Assembly: GCA_016777435.1 (NCBI GenBank)
Contig: JADHRK010000001.1
Span: 1 to 62,192, forward strand
Direction: 5' to 3'
Source: Flavobacteriales bacterium
GTDB lineage: Bacteria > Bacteroidota > Bacteroidia > Flavobacteriales_D > Sanyastnellaceae
Length of the DNA stretch: 62,192 bases
In this document: one piece after another, positions 9,394-18,966 of the stretch
How the letters are laid out: each line of letters begins with the position of its first letter
How positions within the stretch are numbered: position 1 is the stretch's first letter
Notes under the pieces: generated by a model
Seen by the model: only the letters and a program-made list of their open reading frames with translations
Databases searched by the model: none
What the model was told of the DNA's origin: nothing
Position numbers and translations under genes: made by a program

Positions 9394-10869
9394 ATGAAAC
9401 ATATTTACACTTTACTTGCTTGTCTGCTTTTCGGAACGGCATCCTTCGCGCAGCTGCCAGACGGCAGCATCGCACCTGACTTTACCGCCACCGATATCAA
9501 CGGTGTGGAGCACAACCTCTACGACCTCCTCGACGATGGAAAGAAGGTTATTCTGGACTTCTCTGCCACATGGTGCGGACCCTGCTGGGGCTACCACACA
9601 AGCGGTGTTTTTGAAGAATTGCACAACACATATGGTCCCGAAGGAACAGACGAGTTGCGCATCTTTTACATCGAATCCGATGATACAACGACAGATGACG
9701 ACCTGAATGGGACTGGCCCATCAACGCAAGGTGATTGGGTAACGGGTACAGAGTACACGATCATCGACAACGCTGCGAACATCTTTGACGATTATGCAGG
9801 TACGTACTACCCTACGATTTACACCGTTTGCCCGAACCGGATTCTCACAGAATCAGGCCAAGCCAGTGTAGAAGCGCACGCAGCGATCTTCCAAGCGAAC
9901 GACTGCGCGGCAGCATCATTGCCGAACGATCCAGCATTGTTAGGCTACACCGGCGGCACTACTGCGTGCCCAGGTGAGCCCGTGAACATGAGTGTGGATT
10001 TGATGAATTTGGGTGTGACCAACTTGCAATACTGCACTATCGCAGTAATGGATGGTGGCACTGAGGTGTTATCGTACGATTGGTCTGGCGATTTGGCAAC
10101 CTACGGAATTACAAACGTTGATCTCGGTTCTGCTGCGTTTGACGCCAGCACGTCCTTCACCATTGAAATCACATCCAGTGACGACAATGATGTCAATAAT
10201 AGCTCATCTGGAGCCGTTGAGTTGGCAACCGAAGGCACATCATTGATCAAGGTTGAAATCATGACTGACAACTGGCCACAAGAGATTAGCTGGGACATTT
10301 CAGATGACATGGGAAATGTCATTGAGTCCGTTGGCCTAGGCGAAGTAGCCGGTGCAGAAGGTGATGTCTTCGTATGGTGGGTAAGCGTTCCTGAGACAGG
10401 CTGCTACACCTTCACCATAAATGATGATTACGGTGACGGAATCGCAGGTGAGCAATGGGGGTCAATCGCTGGATATTGCACCGTCAAGACCTATGACGAC
10501 AACATCACGTTCATTTCTACCATCTTCGATTACGATGGTTCTTATGACTATGATTCTGCAGCTGCTGGAATGTCGGTCACAAGCGTGAACGTCGGCATCG
10601 AAGAGCAAACGTTGAACGAAGTGACTCGTGTATTCCCAAATCCGTTTGCCGAGCAAACAAACTTGCAGTTTAGCACAACGAAGGCTGGAGCTGCCTCGAT
10701 TGTTGTTTACAACCTCGTAGGGGAGCAAATCATCAACGATAACCTCGGTACACTCGCTGCTGGTGAGTACAACCACGTATTGAACTTCAACGGAGTTACC
10801 GCTGGCGTTTACTTGATTCACCTCACTGCAGGTGGTGAGACGACAACCATGCGCGCAACATTGAAGTAA
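9394..10869 (+). CDS. Thioredoxin-fold (WCGPC) protein with a T9SS C-terminal sorting domain (HBP35-like architecture)
   Basis: Signal peptide MKHIYTLLACLLFGTASFAQ, then APDFTATDINGVEHNLYDLL...ILDFSATWCGPCWGYH. A central module reads TDNWPQEISWDISD...GCYTFTINDDYGDG. The C-terminus is VFPNPFAEQTNLQF...AGVYLIHLTAGGETTTMRATLK. Confidence 0.75.
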   Translation: MKHIYTLLACLLFGTASFAQLPDGSIAPDFTATDINGVEHNLYDLLDDGKKVILDFSATWCGPCWGYHTSGVFEELHNTYGPEGTDELRIFYIESDDTTTDDDLNGTGPSTQGDWVTGTEYTIIDNAANIFDDYAGTYYPTIYTVCPNRILTESGQASVEAHAAIFQANDCAAASLPNDPALLGYTGGTTACPGEPVNMSVDLMNLGVTNLQYCTIAVMDGGTEVLSYDWSGDLATYGITNVDLGSAAFDASTSFTIEITSSDDNDVNNSSSGAVELATEGTSLIKVEIMTDNWPQEISWDISDDMGNVIESVGLGEVAGAEGDVFVWWVSVPETGCYTFTINDDYGDGIAGEQWGSIAGYCTVKTYDDNITFISTIFDYDGSYDYDSAAAGMSVTSVNVGIEEQTLNEVTRVFPNPFAEQTNLQFSTTKAGAASIVVYNLVGEQIINDNLGTLAAGEYNHVLNFNGVTAGVYLIHLTAGGETTTMRATLK

Positions 10870-10903
10870 TTCAAAAAACTCTACGAAGGATTCATTCCTT
10901 TTG

Positions 10904-10938
10904 AAATCCGCATCACCTTCGAGGTGATGCGGATTTTT
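10904..10938 (+). terminator. Rho-independent terminator
   Basis: A perfect 14-bp stem, AAATCCGCATCACC / GGTGATGCGGATTT, with a 5-nt loop (TTCGA). It runs into a T tract and begins 35 nt after the stop of 9394..10869. Confidence 0.7.
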
Positions 10939-10990
10939 CATTAAAAATGGTGCATCTTCACCTTCTAGAAATCGCCTAATCCCTCTGATC

Positions 10991-12445
10991 ATGAAACTGA
11001 ACAGTCTACTTTTATCGATAGCCTTCATCTTTACCTTAGTGCAAACGGGTTACGCTCAATTGCCTGATGGTTCCGTCGCCCCTGATTTTACGATCACCGA
11101 CATTGAAGGAGAAGAGCACACCTTGTACAGTTACCTGGACTCTGGCTATTCCGTAATCATTGACTTTTCAGCCACATGGTGCGGACCATGCTGGAATTAC
11201 CACACAAGCGGTGTCTTCGAGGATCTTTATGAAGCATATGGCCCCGATGGATCGAACGAACTGCGCATTCTCTTCATTGAGTCGGATGACAATACCACGG
11301 ATGACGACCTTCACGGAATTGGGACCAATACTTGGGGAGACTGGACAGCTGGTGTCAATTATCCCATCGCGGACAACGGAGGAGCTGTCTTCAATGCCTA
11401 CGAGTGCGCCTTCTACCCGACCATCATGACGGTTTGCCCAAATCGCTTGCTCAAGCAAACGGGCCAAGCCTCATTTGACGCTCACGCCGCCTACGTCCAA
11501 TCCATTGAATGCGCTCCAGCTTCATTGCCACAAGACGTTGGACTCATTGACTACGTAGGTTCGGTGCGAACTTGTCCTGAAACCCCAATTGAACTTGGGG
11601 TAAAGCTCATCAACAACGGCACAGAACCCTTAACTTCCTGTACGCTCGAAGCAACGACCTTGTTCGGAACAGAACTTCTGACCTACGAATGGTCCGGTTA
11701 CTTAGACACCTATGAAATGGAGACGGTAAGCATTGGAGAGGCCATCTTCCCAACAACTTCCATGTTCAGCATTGAAGTCACTTCGGAAGATGGCTACGAA
11801 GGCAACAACAGTGTCTCTGCCACTATGAACCTGAGCCAGGAAACTGCGACTTCTTTGGTGCGTGTTCAAATCACCACAGACAACATGCCAGGCGATAATC
11901 GATGGTCCATTACGGATCTCAACGGGGATGAGATCGCAGGCATTGATTTCGGCGACATGGCTGACAGCAACACCGACTACAATTGGTGGATCAATCTTGA
12001 ATCTTTGGGATGCTTTTCCTTCAATTTGTTTGACCTCACAGGAAACGGTGGGGACCTCAGCTGCTCGTTCTCCACCTACAATGAAGGCGGCTTTGAAACC
12101 AATAATATCTTCACCCTTAATAACAGCGGAAACTGGAACCAACTGGACAAAGGGTTCTCTATCAATGAGGTGAACATGAATGTCGACAGCGACTTTGGCG
12201 CGGCACAATTCGCCCTTTTCCCCAACCCATTGAACGATGAAAACACCTTGCAATTGGCGGGGCTCACAGGCAATGAAACCCAAATAGACTTGCACAGCAG
12301 CACCGGAGCATTGATCCAATCATGGGCTCAACCCAACCACCGAGGAACGCTTTCTTTGCCTATTGGTGCAATCGAATCTGGCCTCTACATCATTTCAGTG
12401 CATGGAGCACATGGCGTAATGTCTCAGCGTTTTATCAAATCATGA
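10991..12445 (+). CDS. Thioredoxin-fold (WCGPC) protein with a T9SS C-terminal sorting domain; paralog of 9394..10869
   Basis: QLPDGSVAPDFTITDIEGEEHTLY...IIDFSATWCGPCWNYH is collinear with the upstream paralog over its whole length. The C-terminus is LFPNPLNDENTLQL...SGLYIISVHGAHGVMSQRFIKS. Confidence 0.75.
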   Translation: MKLNSLLLSIAFIFTLVQTGYAQLPDGSVAPDFTITDIEGEEHTLYSYLDSGYSVIIDFSATWCGPCWNYHTSGVFEDLYEAYGPDGSNELRILFIESDDNTTDDDLHGIGTNTWGDWTAGVNYPIADNGGAVFNAYECAFYPTIMTVCPNRLLKQTGQASFDAHAAYVQSIECAPASLPQDVGLIDYVGSVRTCPETPIELGVKLINNGTEPLTSCTLEATTLFGTELLTYEWSGYLDTYEMETVSIGEAIFPTTSMFSIEVTSEDGYEGNNSVSATMNLSQETATSLVRVQITTDNMPGDNRWSITDLNGDEIAGIDFGDMADSNTDYNWWINLESLGCFSFNLFDLTGNGGDLSCSFSTYNEGGFETNNIFTLNNSGNWNQLDKGFSINEVNMNVDSDFGAAQFALFPNPLNDENTLQLAGLTGNETQIDLHSSTGALIQSWAQPNHRGTLSLPIGAIESGLYIISVHGAHGVMSQRFIKS

Positions 12446-13326
12446 AGAACGAAAGGTCATCTGTTCTGCCAATTGCTGTAGTCGCCTGTGCCTTGCTCCT
12501 GGGCGCTTGCGATGTCATTGAAGACCCGGTCATCCCGGTTACTACGAATTACCTCGAGGCCTTATATGGACCAGCGCCAACTTTTGACGCACTGCCGGCA
12601 AACTCCGCTGTAAAACGCGTACTGATTGAAGACTTCACTGCACACCAATGCGGCAACTGCCCTGCCGCTGCAATCATTGCCGAAGACCTTGCAGAAGTGC
12701 ATGAAGGATTGGTTTCGGTCATGGCAATTCACGCAGGAGACTTGGCCAATACCGACGACGACCATTTTGACACAGACTGGACTACGGAAGAAGGAGATGT
12801 TTTTTGGGACCAGCTCGATTTCCAGGCCAATCCGTTGGGCCGTGTCAATCGGGTGGACGGAACAGGTGCTTTCTGGGCTCCAGCTCAATGGAATGACAAA
12901 GTCACCGAAGAACTTGCCAAAACGCCTCGCGTCGCACTGCAAGCGGAATATTCCTGGGAAGCCGCGAATGAACACTTGAACATGCACGTTCATGGGACTT
13001 TTTATGATGCCATTGAGGGACCTGTCCAGCTGGCATGGCTCGTTTTGGAATCCGACATCATTGATTACCAACTCGACTACTCATCGGATCCTGCCGTCGT
13101 TCCAGAATATGAATTCGATCATGTTTTACGCGGATCAGTGCACGGTGCTTTGGGGCTAGGGTTTGGGGATGTGGCCCAAGGAGCTGAGGCAGGAGATGTC
13201 GCAATGCAGTCAGTCACTTTCGAGTGGAACCCGACCTGGATATTAGAAAACTCCACCGTACTGGCTGTTTTGACCAATGGTGATGGCTATGTTTTGAATT
13301 CCTTGGAAATCCACCCGGGAGAGTGA
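12442..13326 (+). CDS. Thioredoxin-fold lipoprotein, Omp28-related (tentative)
   Basis: The ATG at 12442 overlaps the preceding stop (ATGA). Lipobox in MKNERSSVLPIAVVACALLLGAC. The motif VLIEDFTAHQCGNCPAAA matches the CxxC context I associate with the Omp28 family. The upstream part of the track ORF (12322-12441) overlaps the previous gene. Confidence 0.55.
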   Translation: MKNERSSVLPIAVVACALLLGACDVIEDPVIPVTTNYLEALYGPAPTFDALPANSAVKRVLIEDFTAHQCGNCPAAAIIAEDLAEVHEGLVSVMAIHAGDLANTDDDHFDTDWTTEEGDVFWDQLDFQANPLGRVNRVDGTGAFWAPAQWNDKVTEELAKTPRVALQAEYSWEAANEHLNMHVHGTFYDAIEGPVQLAWLVLESDIIDYQLDYSSDPAVVPEYEFDHVLRGSVHGALGLGFGDVAQGAEAGDVAMQSVTFEWNPTWILENSTVLAVLTNGDGYVLNSLEIHPGE

Positions 13327-13961
13327 AGCGGTTCCACTCCTTTCGAATCATTTTTGGGTTCATCTGGTGTTGTTCGGCCTCGCTATTGACCGTTCAAGCT
13401 CAAGAAGAACCGGTGCGATTTGGAGCGAGCCTGCACGGCGGTTTGTCGACGACACAGGTGCACGGAGATCAAATTTCAGGTTTCAATAAATTCGGTTACA
13501 CGATTGGAGCCTCCGTCGACATGCGGCGGAATTCCAATGCCGGTGTTCAATTCGGTATGTTCTTGACGCAAAAAGGAAGTCGACGTGTTCCCAATCCCAA
13601 AAATGGTGATTACACGACGTGGAGTTACCGATTCACCTACATTGACTTGCCCCTCATGCGGGTTTGGGACACAAGAGACTGGCGGCTCGGTGTGGGCGTT
13701 CAACCGAGCATTCTCATGCAAGGAGAAGAAGACTTTTATGGCAACGGGTTCTCCGAATTGACCTACCTCGAATTGCGCCCTGTCGATTTAGGAGCAGTGG
13801 CTGTCGCAGGTTGGAAAATCAGTCCTTTGGTCTTTGCGGAGGTGCGCCTCTCACAGAGCCTTATCCCCATTAGTGAGCGACCCGATCAGCCCGTTCAACG
13901 ATGGAACAATTTCATGATGAACATGGCCATCCAATGGATGGTAACGCTCTCCTTAGGCTGA
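13323..13961 (+). CDS. Small outer-membrane beta-barrel protein (OMP_b-brl / porin-family type)
   Basis: The GTG start overlaps the preceding stop (GTGA). Signal peptide ...CSASLLTVQAQ. The pattern RFGASLHGGLSTTQVHG...GYTIGASVDM fits about 8 strands. 212 aa. Confidence 0.6.
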   Translation: MKRFHSFRIIFGFIWCCSASLLTVQAQEEPVRFGASLHGGLSTTQVHGDQISGFNKFGYTIGASVDMRRNSNAGVQFGMFLTQKGSRRVPNPKNGDYTTWSYRFTYIDLPLMRVWDTRDWRLGVGVQPSILMQGEEDFYGNGFSELTYLELRPVDLGAVAVAGWKISPLVFAEVRLSQSLIPISERPDQPVQRWNNFMMNMAIQWMVTLSLG

Positions 13962-13970
13962 GAAGTACGA

Positions 13971-16900
13971 TCACTCTTGTTGTCCGGAAGCCTCAAAAAG
14001 CGTTCCAGGCGAGCGATCGACCGATTCCACGGAATCAAGCCAATCTTTCCAAAGGCCTGACATCAATTCGTCAACAGCGGCACAAAATGCCGAGCCACCC
14101 TCCTGCAGCCGCTTCAAAGCACGAATTGCATTACCGCCAGGAGCCATGTCGCCTCCATTGATGGAAAATGCATTCCACATCACAGAACTCAATCGTTCCG
14201 TGACGCTCCCCGTTCCTTTCGCATCGCGCGGTTCTGTGTACAATTCTTCCACTCCGAGCAAGGCTGTTTTCAGCGAGTCGGTCAAGGTTTTCGTCTCTTC
14301 TTTCACCGAATCAGGCAGCCACTTCATCTCCTGTTTGACCACATCAATGGTGGCAAGCGCACGTTGAATCTGGTCCATCGCTTCGACAATTGGCTCCACC
14401 TCCTGCAGCACCAGCCGCCGATGAGTGGAACGTTGTTGGTGCGCTGCAGCATCGAAAGGCACCCGTGGATCCGACTTTACCTCAAAAGACGCATTAGATG
14501 AATGCTCTCCCATGCTCATGGCAATGCGGTATTCCCCTGGCAGGACTTCCGGCCCCCCACCCGATGGGAACTTTTGTTTTTTCTGAATTTCACGGCCCGG
14601 CCATGGCATGCCATTGGCATCAAATCGCCACCACATCGACTGCAAGCCGCCTTCAGCGTCTATTCCCCCATTGCGAATCGTATCGCCTTGAGCATCCAAC
14701 ACGGCCCAAAGGAGTTTGTCCTTGCCGTATACTTCCGCAGAGTCGGGATGAACAAAATATTGAATGCGCGCACCACTGCGGCGGTTTTCACCTTCCCAAT
14801 CGTGATCCGCTGTAAATCGAGCGCCCAATGGACGACGGTAATTGACTTGGTACGCATCGGCGATCTCAAAAACACCCAAGGTTCTGTCAAACATCGCGTT
14901 GCCATCTTTCGCCAGCGCGCGCAGCGGAGCGAGATCATCAATGATATAGGCTGCTCGGCCAAAAGTTCCGAGGATCAAATCACCGTCGCGGGGGTGAATC
15001 ACCATGTCGCGGACCGGCACAGAAGGAATGTCTTTCGTCCAGCGGTTCCAATTCGTCCCGCGATCAAAACTCACAAACAATCCTTCCTCTGTGCCCAAAA
15101 ACAACAGCGATGATGCAACCGGATCTTGTGCAACACTCAGGCAATGTCCGGTGACCTCCCCTCCGTCCATGACCAAGCGCACCCAAGTCTCTCCCCCATC
15201 ATTGGTTCGGTAGAGGTAAGGCTGCCAATTGTTTCTGCGGTAATCATTGACCACTACGTAAACCTCATCGGGATCATGGGCGCTGACGTGAATTTGTGGG
15301 ATCCATGCGCCGAGGGGAAATCGCTTAATTTCCAAAGCATGATCCACCCATGTGGCTCCTCCATCTTGGGTGTGCTGCAATCGTCCGTCATCGGTTCCAA
15401 CCCAAATTTCACCGGAACGCTGTGGGTTCGGTGAAATGCATAAAATGGTGCAGTGATTTTCCGCTTGAGTCGCGTCGATGGTAAGACCACCCGACTCTGC
15501 CTGATTCTGTTTATCGGGATTATCCGTGGTCAAATCCGGGCTGATGACTTCCCAAGTGTTGCCTTTGTCCTCACTGTGGTGCACATACTGTGAACCAAAA
15601 TAAATGCCATCGGTCTCAAAAGGATCCGCAGCGACAGCCGCATTCCAGGCGAATCGCAAGGGCACGGTATCCGGCTGTACGGGCTGAACCCCTGTTTGGT
15701 CACCCGTGATAAGATTGACACGCGAAAGGGATCCGCCTTGGTACATCGCATAAGCGGTATTCAAATCATTGGTGGCCGGTAGTACGTCAAATCCATCCCC
15801 GAAGAGGATCTCTTGCCAATCGCTGTTGCGGATACCTCCAGAATGCCAAGCCTCACTCGGTCCAACCCATGATCCGTTGTCCTGCATACCCCCGTAAATG
15901 CGATACGGAATGGCCATGTCCACGGAGATGTGGTAAAATTGGCCGAGCGGCAAGTTGTTGATGAACGACCACGTCTTTCCTCCATCTCGGCTGATGTTCA
16001 ACCCACCGTCGTTGCCGTCAATGAGGTAATTCGGATCATCGGGGTGGATATAGAATGCATGGTGGTCGGGATGGACCCCGCTGTATGGGAGAATCGTGCG
16101 AAACGTTCGGCCACCATCCTCACTCATGTCTACCATGGAATAAAGATTGAACAAACGTCGTTCATCGGACGGATCGGCATAGATATCTGCGTAGTAAAAC
16201 GGTCGGTTTCCTACTTGATCCCCTTGAAGCATATTCCACGAGACCCCACCATCGGTGCTGTGGTACAAGGCCGTTGACTGCGATTCGATCAATGCGTAGA
16301 TAACATCCGGATTTGCAGGACTAATGGTCAGTCCCATGCGGCCCAATTCACCTGCGGGAAGGCCGTCATCCTCTGTGTATTGCTTCCAATCTTCACCACC
16401 ATTGTGGGTCACATAAAGGCCGCTTCCATCCCCACCACTCGTGAAAAACCAAGGCTCCCTGCGGTGCGACCACATGGCGACCAAAAGCTTATTTGGGTTT
16501 GATGGATCAATGATCATATCCGCCACGCCGGTGCGCTCATCGATGTACAATTGATGCTCCCACGTCTTTCCTCCATCGGTGGTTTTGTACACCCCTCGAT
16601 CTTCGCTGTCACCCCACGCAGTGCCGATGGCACCTATCCAAACGGTTTCAGGGTCTTCCGGATGAATGATGATGCGGTGGATGTTTCGAGTCCCTTCCAA
16701 TCCCATCAACTCCCAGGTTGTTCCGCCATCAATGCTCCGGTAAACACCGCGTCCGCTCGAATGTGAATTGCGCGGATTGCCCTCGCCGGTGCCCACCCAA
16801 ATCACATCGGGATTCGATGGCGCCAAGGCCAAAGCACCGATGCTTTGCGTCGATTGCTCGTCAAACAAGGCCTCCCATTGAACCCCCGCGGATTCGCTGC

Positions 16901-17111
16901 GCCACAAGCCACCGCTCGCCGTGCCGATGTATATAACCTCCGGACGATTCCGTTGGACATCAATGGTGGTGACACGACCGCTCATGGCACCCGGACCAAT
17001 GTGCCGTACGTTCATCTCATCCATGAGGGACTGAACATCTTGGCTTTGAATGGACGGCGCAAAAAGAAGCGCGATGGCAGCGAATACGCTGGTGTGAATG
17101 TTGATTTTCAT
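13971..17111 (-). CDS. Sortilin/VPS10-like BNR (Asp-box) repeat protein
   Basis: About ten SxDxGxTW-type Asp boxes: SIDGGTTW, TTDGGKTW, THNGGEDW, STDGGVSW, SEDGGRTF, SRDGGKTW, SEDKGNTW, TQDGGATW, TNDGGETW, SFDRGTNW. Signal peptide MKINIHTSVFAAIALLFAPSIQSQ. The ATG at 17111 overlaps the upstream stop by 1 nt. Confidence 0.75.
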   Translation of the reverse strand: MKINIHTSVFAAIALLFAPSIQSQDVQSLMDEMNVRHIGPGAMSGRVTTIDVQRNRPEVIYIGTASGGLWRSESAGVQWEALFDEQSTQSIGALALAPSNPDVIWVGTGEGNPRNSHSSGRGVYRSIDGGTTWELMGLEGTRNIHRIIIHPEDPETVWIGAIGTAWGDSEDRGVYKTTDGGKTWEHQLYIDERTGVADMIIDPSNPNKLLVAMWSHRREPWFFTSGGDGSGLYVTHNGGEDWKQYTEDDGLPAGELGRMGLTISPANPDVIYALIESQSTALYHSTDGGVSWNMLQGDQVGNRPFYYADIYADPSDERRLFNLYSMVDMSEDGGRTFRTILPYSGVHPDHHAFYIHPDDPNYLIDGNDGGLNISRDGGKTWSFINNLPLGQFYHISVDMAIPYRIYGGMQDNGSWVGPSEAWHSGGIRNSDWQEILFGDGFDVLPATNDLNTAYAMYQGGSLSRVNLITGDQTGVQPVQPDTVPLRFAWNAAVAADPFETDGIYFGSQYVHHSEDKGNTWEVISPDLTTDNPDKQNQAESGGLTIDATQAENHCTILCISPNPQRSGEIWVGTDDGRLQHTQDGGATWVDHALEIKRFPLGAWIPQIHVSAHDPDEVYVVVNDYRRNNWQPYLYRTNDGGETWVRLVMDGGEVTGHCLSVAQDPVASSLLFLGTEEGLFVSFDRGTNWNRWTKDIPSVPVRDMVIHPRDGDLILGTFGRAAYIIDDLAPLRALAKDGNAMFDRTLGVFEIADAYQVNYRRPLGARFTADHDWEGENRRSGARIQYFVHPDSAEVYGKDKLLWAVLDAQGDTIRNGGIDAEGGLQSMWWRFDANGMPWPGREIQKKQKFPSGGGPEVLPGEYRIAMSMGEHSSNASFEVKSDPRVPFDAAAHQQRSTHRRLVLQEVEPIVEAMDQIQRALATIDVVKQEMKWLPDSVKEETKTLTDSLKTALLGVEELYTEPRDAKGTGSVTERLSSVMWNAFSINGGDMAPGGNAIRALKRLQEGGSAFCAAVDELMSGLWKDWLDSVESVDRSPGTLFEASGQQE

Positions 17112-17575
17112 CACAATTGAATTTTTACGTTTTGTTCGGCTTCTACCGGAACGGACAGGCCAATCCCAAAGGCACTCGCTTTCACGTTGCCTTTGACCCT
17201 TAATTTCACTTCTTCTCCCAACAAGAAATTCATCAAGTTGGCTTCAATGATTTGCAACAATGCCCCGGGCTCCGTCTCGAACGCCAACTGCAGTTCTCCT
17301 CCTTGGCCTTGAGCGATGGTTTGAGCCTGCGGCAAAGAAACACGCCCTACCCTCTCATCATTGACGTAAACATCCACATCGGCTCCTTTGGCCTGAATGG
17401 CAAATGCGTTGGGGTTGTTGAAGACGACCGTACACGTTCCTTCCAAACCAGCGCGCCCGATGCGGATGTCTTCCAATCCTTCAACACCGGAAACTTCTAA
17501 CGGTTTGACCACGGTGCATCCCGCAAGTAAAATGGTCGAAAGCATCGCCATAGCTATATAGACCGGCTGGCTCAT
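17111..17575 (-). CDS. Lipoprotein with a LEA_2 / NDR1-HIN1-like (water-stress) domain
   Basis: Lipobox in MLSTILLAGC. The motif CTVVFNNPNAFAIQAKGADVDVYVNDERVG has the NPN pattern typical of LEA_2. ATGA overlap with the dipeptidase gene. Confidence 0.5.
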   Translation of the reverse strand: MSQPVYIAMAMLSTILLAGCTVVKPLEVSGVEGLEDIRIGRAGLEGTCTVVFNNPNAFAIQAKGADVDVYVNDERVGRVSLPQAQTIAQGQGGELQLAFETEPGALLQIIEANLMNFLLGEEVKLRVKGNVKASAFGIGLSVPVEAEQNVKIQL

Positions 17576-18966
17576 CCTTGCTTGCTGAGGCGAGCGAAAT
17601 TTTCATGAAACAGCGGAATGGTCTCGATTCCCTTGAAATAATTGAAAACGCCATAATGCTCATTGGGCGAGTGAATGGCGTCGCTGTCCAAGCCGAATCC
17701 CATGAGCACGGTTTTCAATCCCAAGATCTGCTCAAAACTGGCAACGATTGGAATCGATCCTCCTCCTCGGAATGGCACCGGTTTTCGGCCAAACGAACTT
17801 TCCATGGCAGCAGAAGCCGCCCTGTATGCTGTCGAATCTGTCGGTGTTACAGCCGGCTGCCCACCATGCATGGGAGTGATTTTTACCGAAACTGATGGTG
17901 GGGCAATGGCATTGAAGTGTTTCTCGAACAATGCCGTAATCGTTTCTGGGCTCTGGTTTGGGACCAACCGCATGGAGATTTTGGCCGATGCTGTGCTGGC
18001 AATGACCGTCTTGGCTCCGTCTCCCGTGTAACCGCCCCAGATGCCGTTCACATCCAAGGTCGGCCGGATGCTCATTCGTTCTGGAGCCGAATATCCTTTC
18101 TCTCCTTCCACCGCTCCAATGGCGATGCTGGATTTATACTCTTCTTCATTGAACGGAGCCTCTGCCATGGCTTCTCTCTCCGAGGCACTCAATTCGACGA
18201 CATCATCATAGAAGCCCTCGACCATGATTCGTTGATCTTCATCCTTCAATGAAGCTATCATTTCACAAAGGATGTTGATGGGGTTGGGCGCTGCACCGCC
18301 ATATAGGCCGCTGTGCAAGTCCCGATTGGGGCCCGTCACCTCCACCTCCACATAGCTCAATCCACGAAGACCAACGGTGATGGATGGGATGTCATTGGCA
18401 ATGATTCCTGTATCGCTGACCAAAACGATATCTGCCGCCAACTTTTCGCGGTGCTCTTCCAGGAATGGTTCCAAATGAGCGGATCCCACTTCCTCTTCTC
18501 CTTCAATCATAAACTTGACATTGCAGTGCAAAGCATCCGCCTGGACCATTGCCTCTAAGGCCTTGATGTGCATGAACATTTGCCCTTTATCGTCGCAAGC
18601 TCCGCGAGCAAAAATGGCTCCCTCAGGATGGAGATCTGTCGTTTTAATGACCGGCTCAAACGCAGGAGAATCCCATAGTTCCAATGGGTCGGCAGGCTGC
18701 ACATCGTAGTGCCCGTAAACCAAAACGGTTGGGGCATCCGGCCCGATAATTTTTTCGCCATACACCACCGGATAACCTCCAGTAGGGATGATTTCCACTG
18801 CCTCCGCGCCGGCGGCACGCAGATGCTCCGCTACAGATTCTGCACATTTGGTCACGTCTCCCGCGAATGCTGGATCCGCTGAAACAGAGGGAATGCGCAA
18901 CAAATCGAACAACTCGTTGAGGAATCGGTCTCGATTCTCTTGGATATAAGTGGAACAAGGTGACAT
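17572..18966 (-). CDS. M20-family dipeptidase / metallohydrolase
   Basis: LVYGHYDVQPADP, ARGACDDKGQ, MIEGEEEVGS, and a C-terminal ...HSPNEHY. 464 aa. Confidence 0.85.
   Translation of the reverse strand: MSPCSTYIQENRDRFLNELFDLLRIPSVSADPAFAGDVTKCAESVAEHLRAAGAEAVEIIPTGGYPVVYGEKIIGPDAPTVLVYGHYDVQPADPLELWDSPAFEPVIKTTDLHPEGAIFARGACDDKGQMFMHIKALEAMVQADALHCNVKFMIEGEEEVGSAHLEPFLEEHREKLAADIVLVSDTGIIANDIPSITVGLRGLSYVEVEVTGPNRDLHSGLYGGAAPNPINILCEMIASLKDEDQRIMVEGFYDDVVELSASEREAMAEAPFNEEEYKSSIAIGAVEGEKGYSAPERMSIRPTLDVNGIWGGYTGDGAKTVIASTASAKISMRLVPNQSPETITALFEKHFNAIAPPSVSVKITPMHGGQPAVTPTDSTAYRAASAAMESSFGRKPVPFRGGGSIPIVASFEQILGLKTVLMGFGLDSDAIHSPNEHYGVFNYFKGIETIPLFHENFARLSKQG

Noticed and set aside
10462-11028. 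A 188-aa minus-strand ORF bridging the terminator region between the two Trx-T9SS paralogs (and 11702..12319, 25470..26069, 56095..56742, 60327..61199 antisense ORFs)
   Set aside because: All are antisense to genes with strong motif support and have no features of their own. The first would also run through a strong plus-strand terminator.
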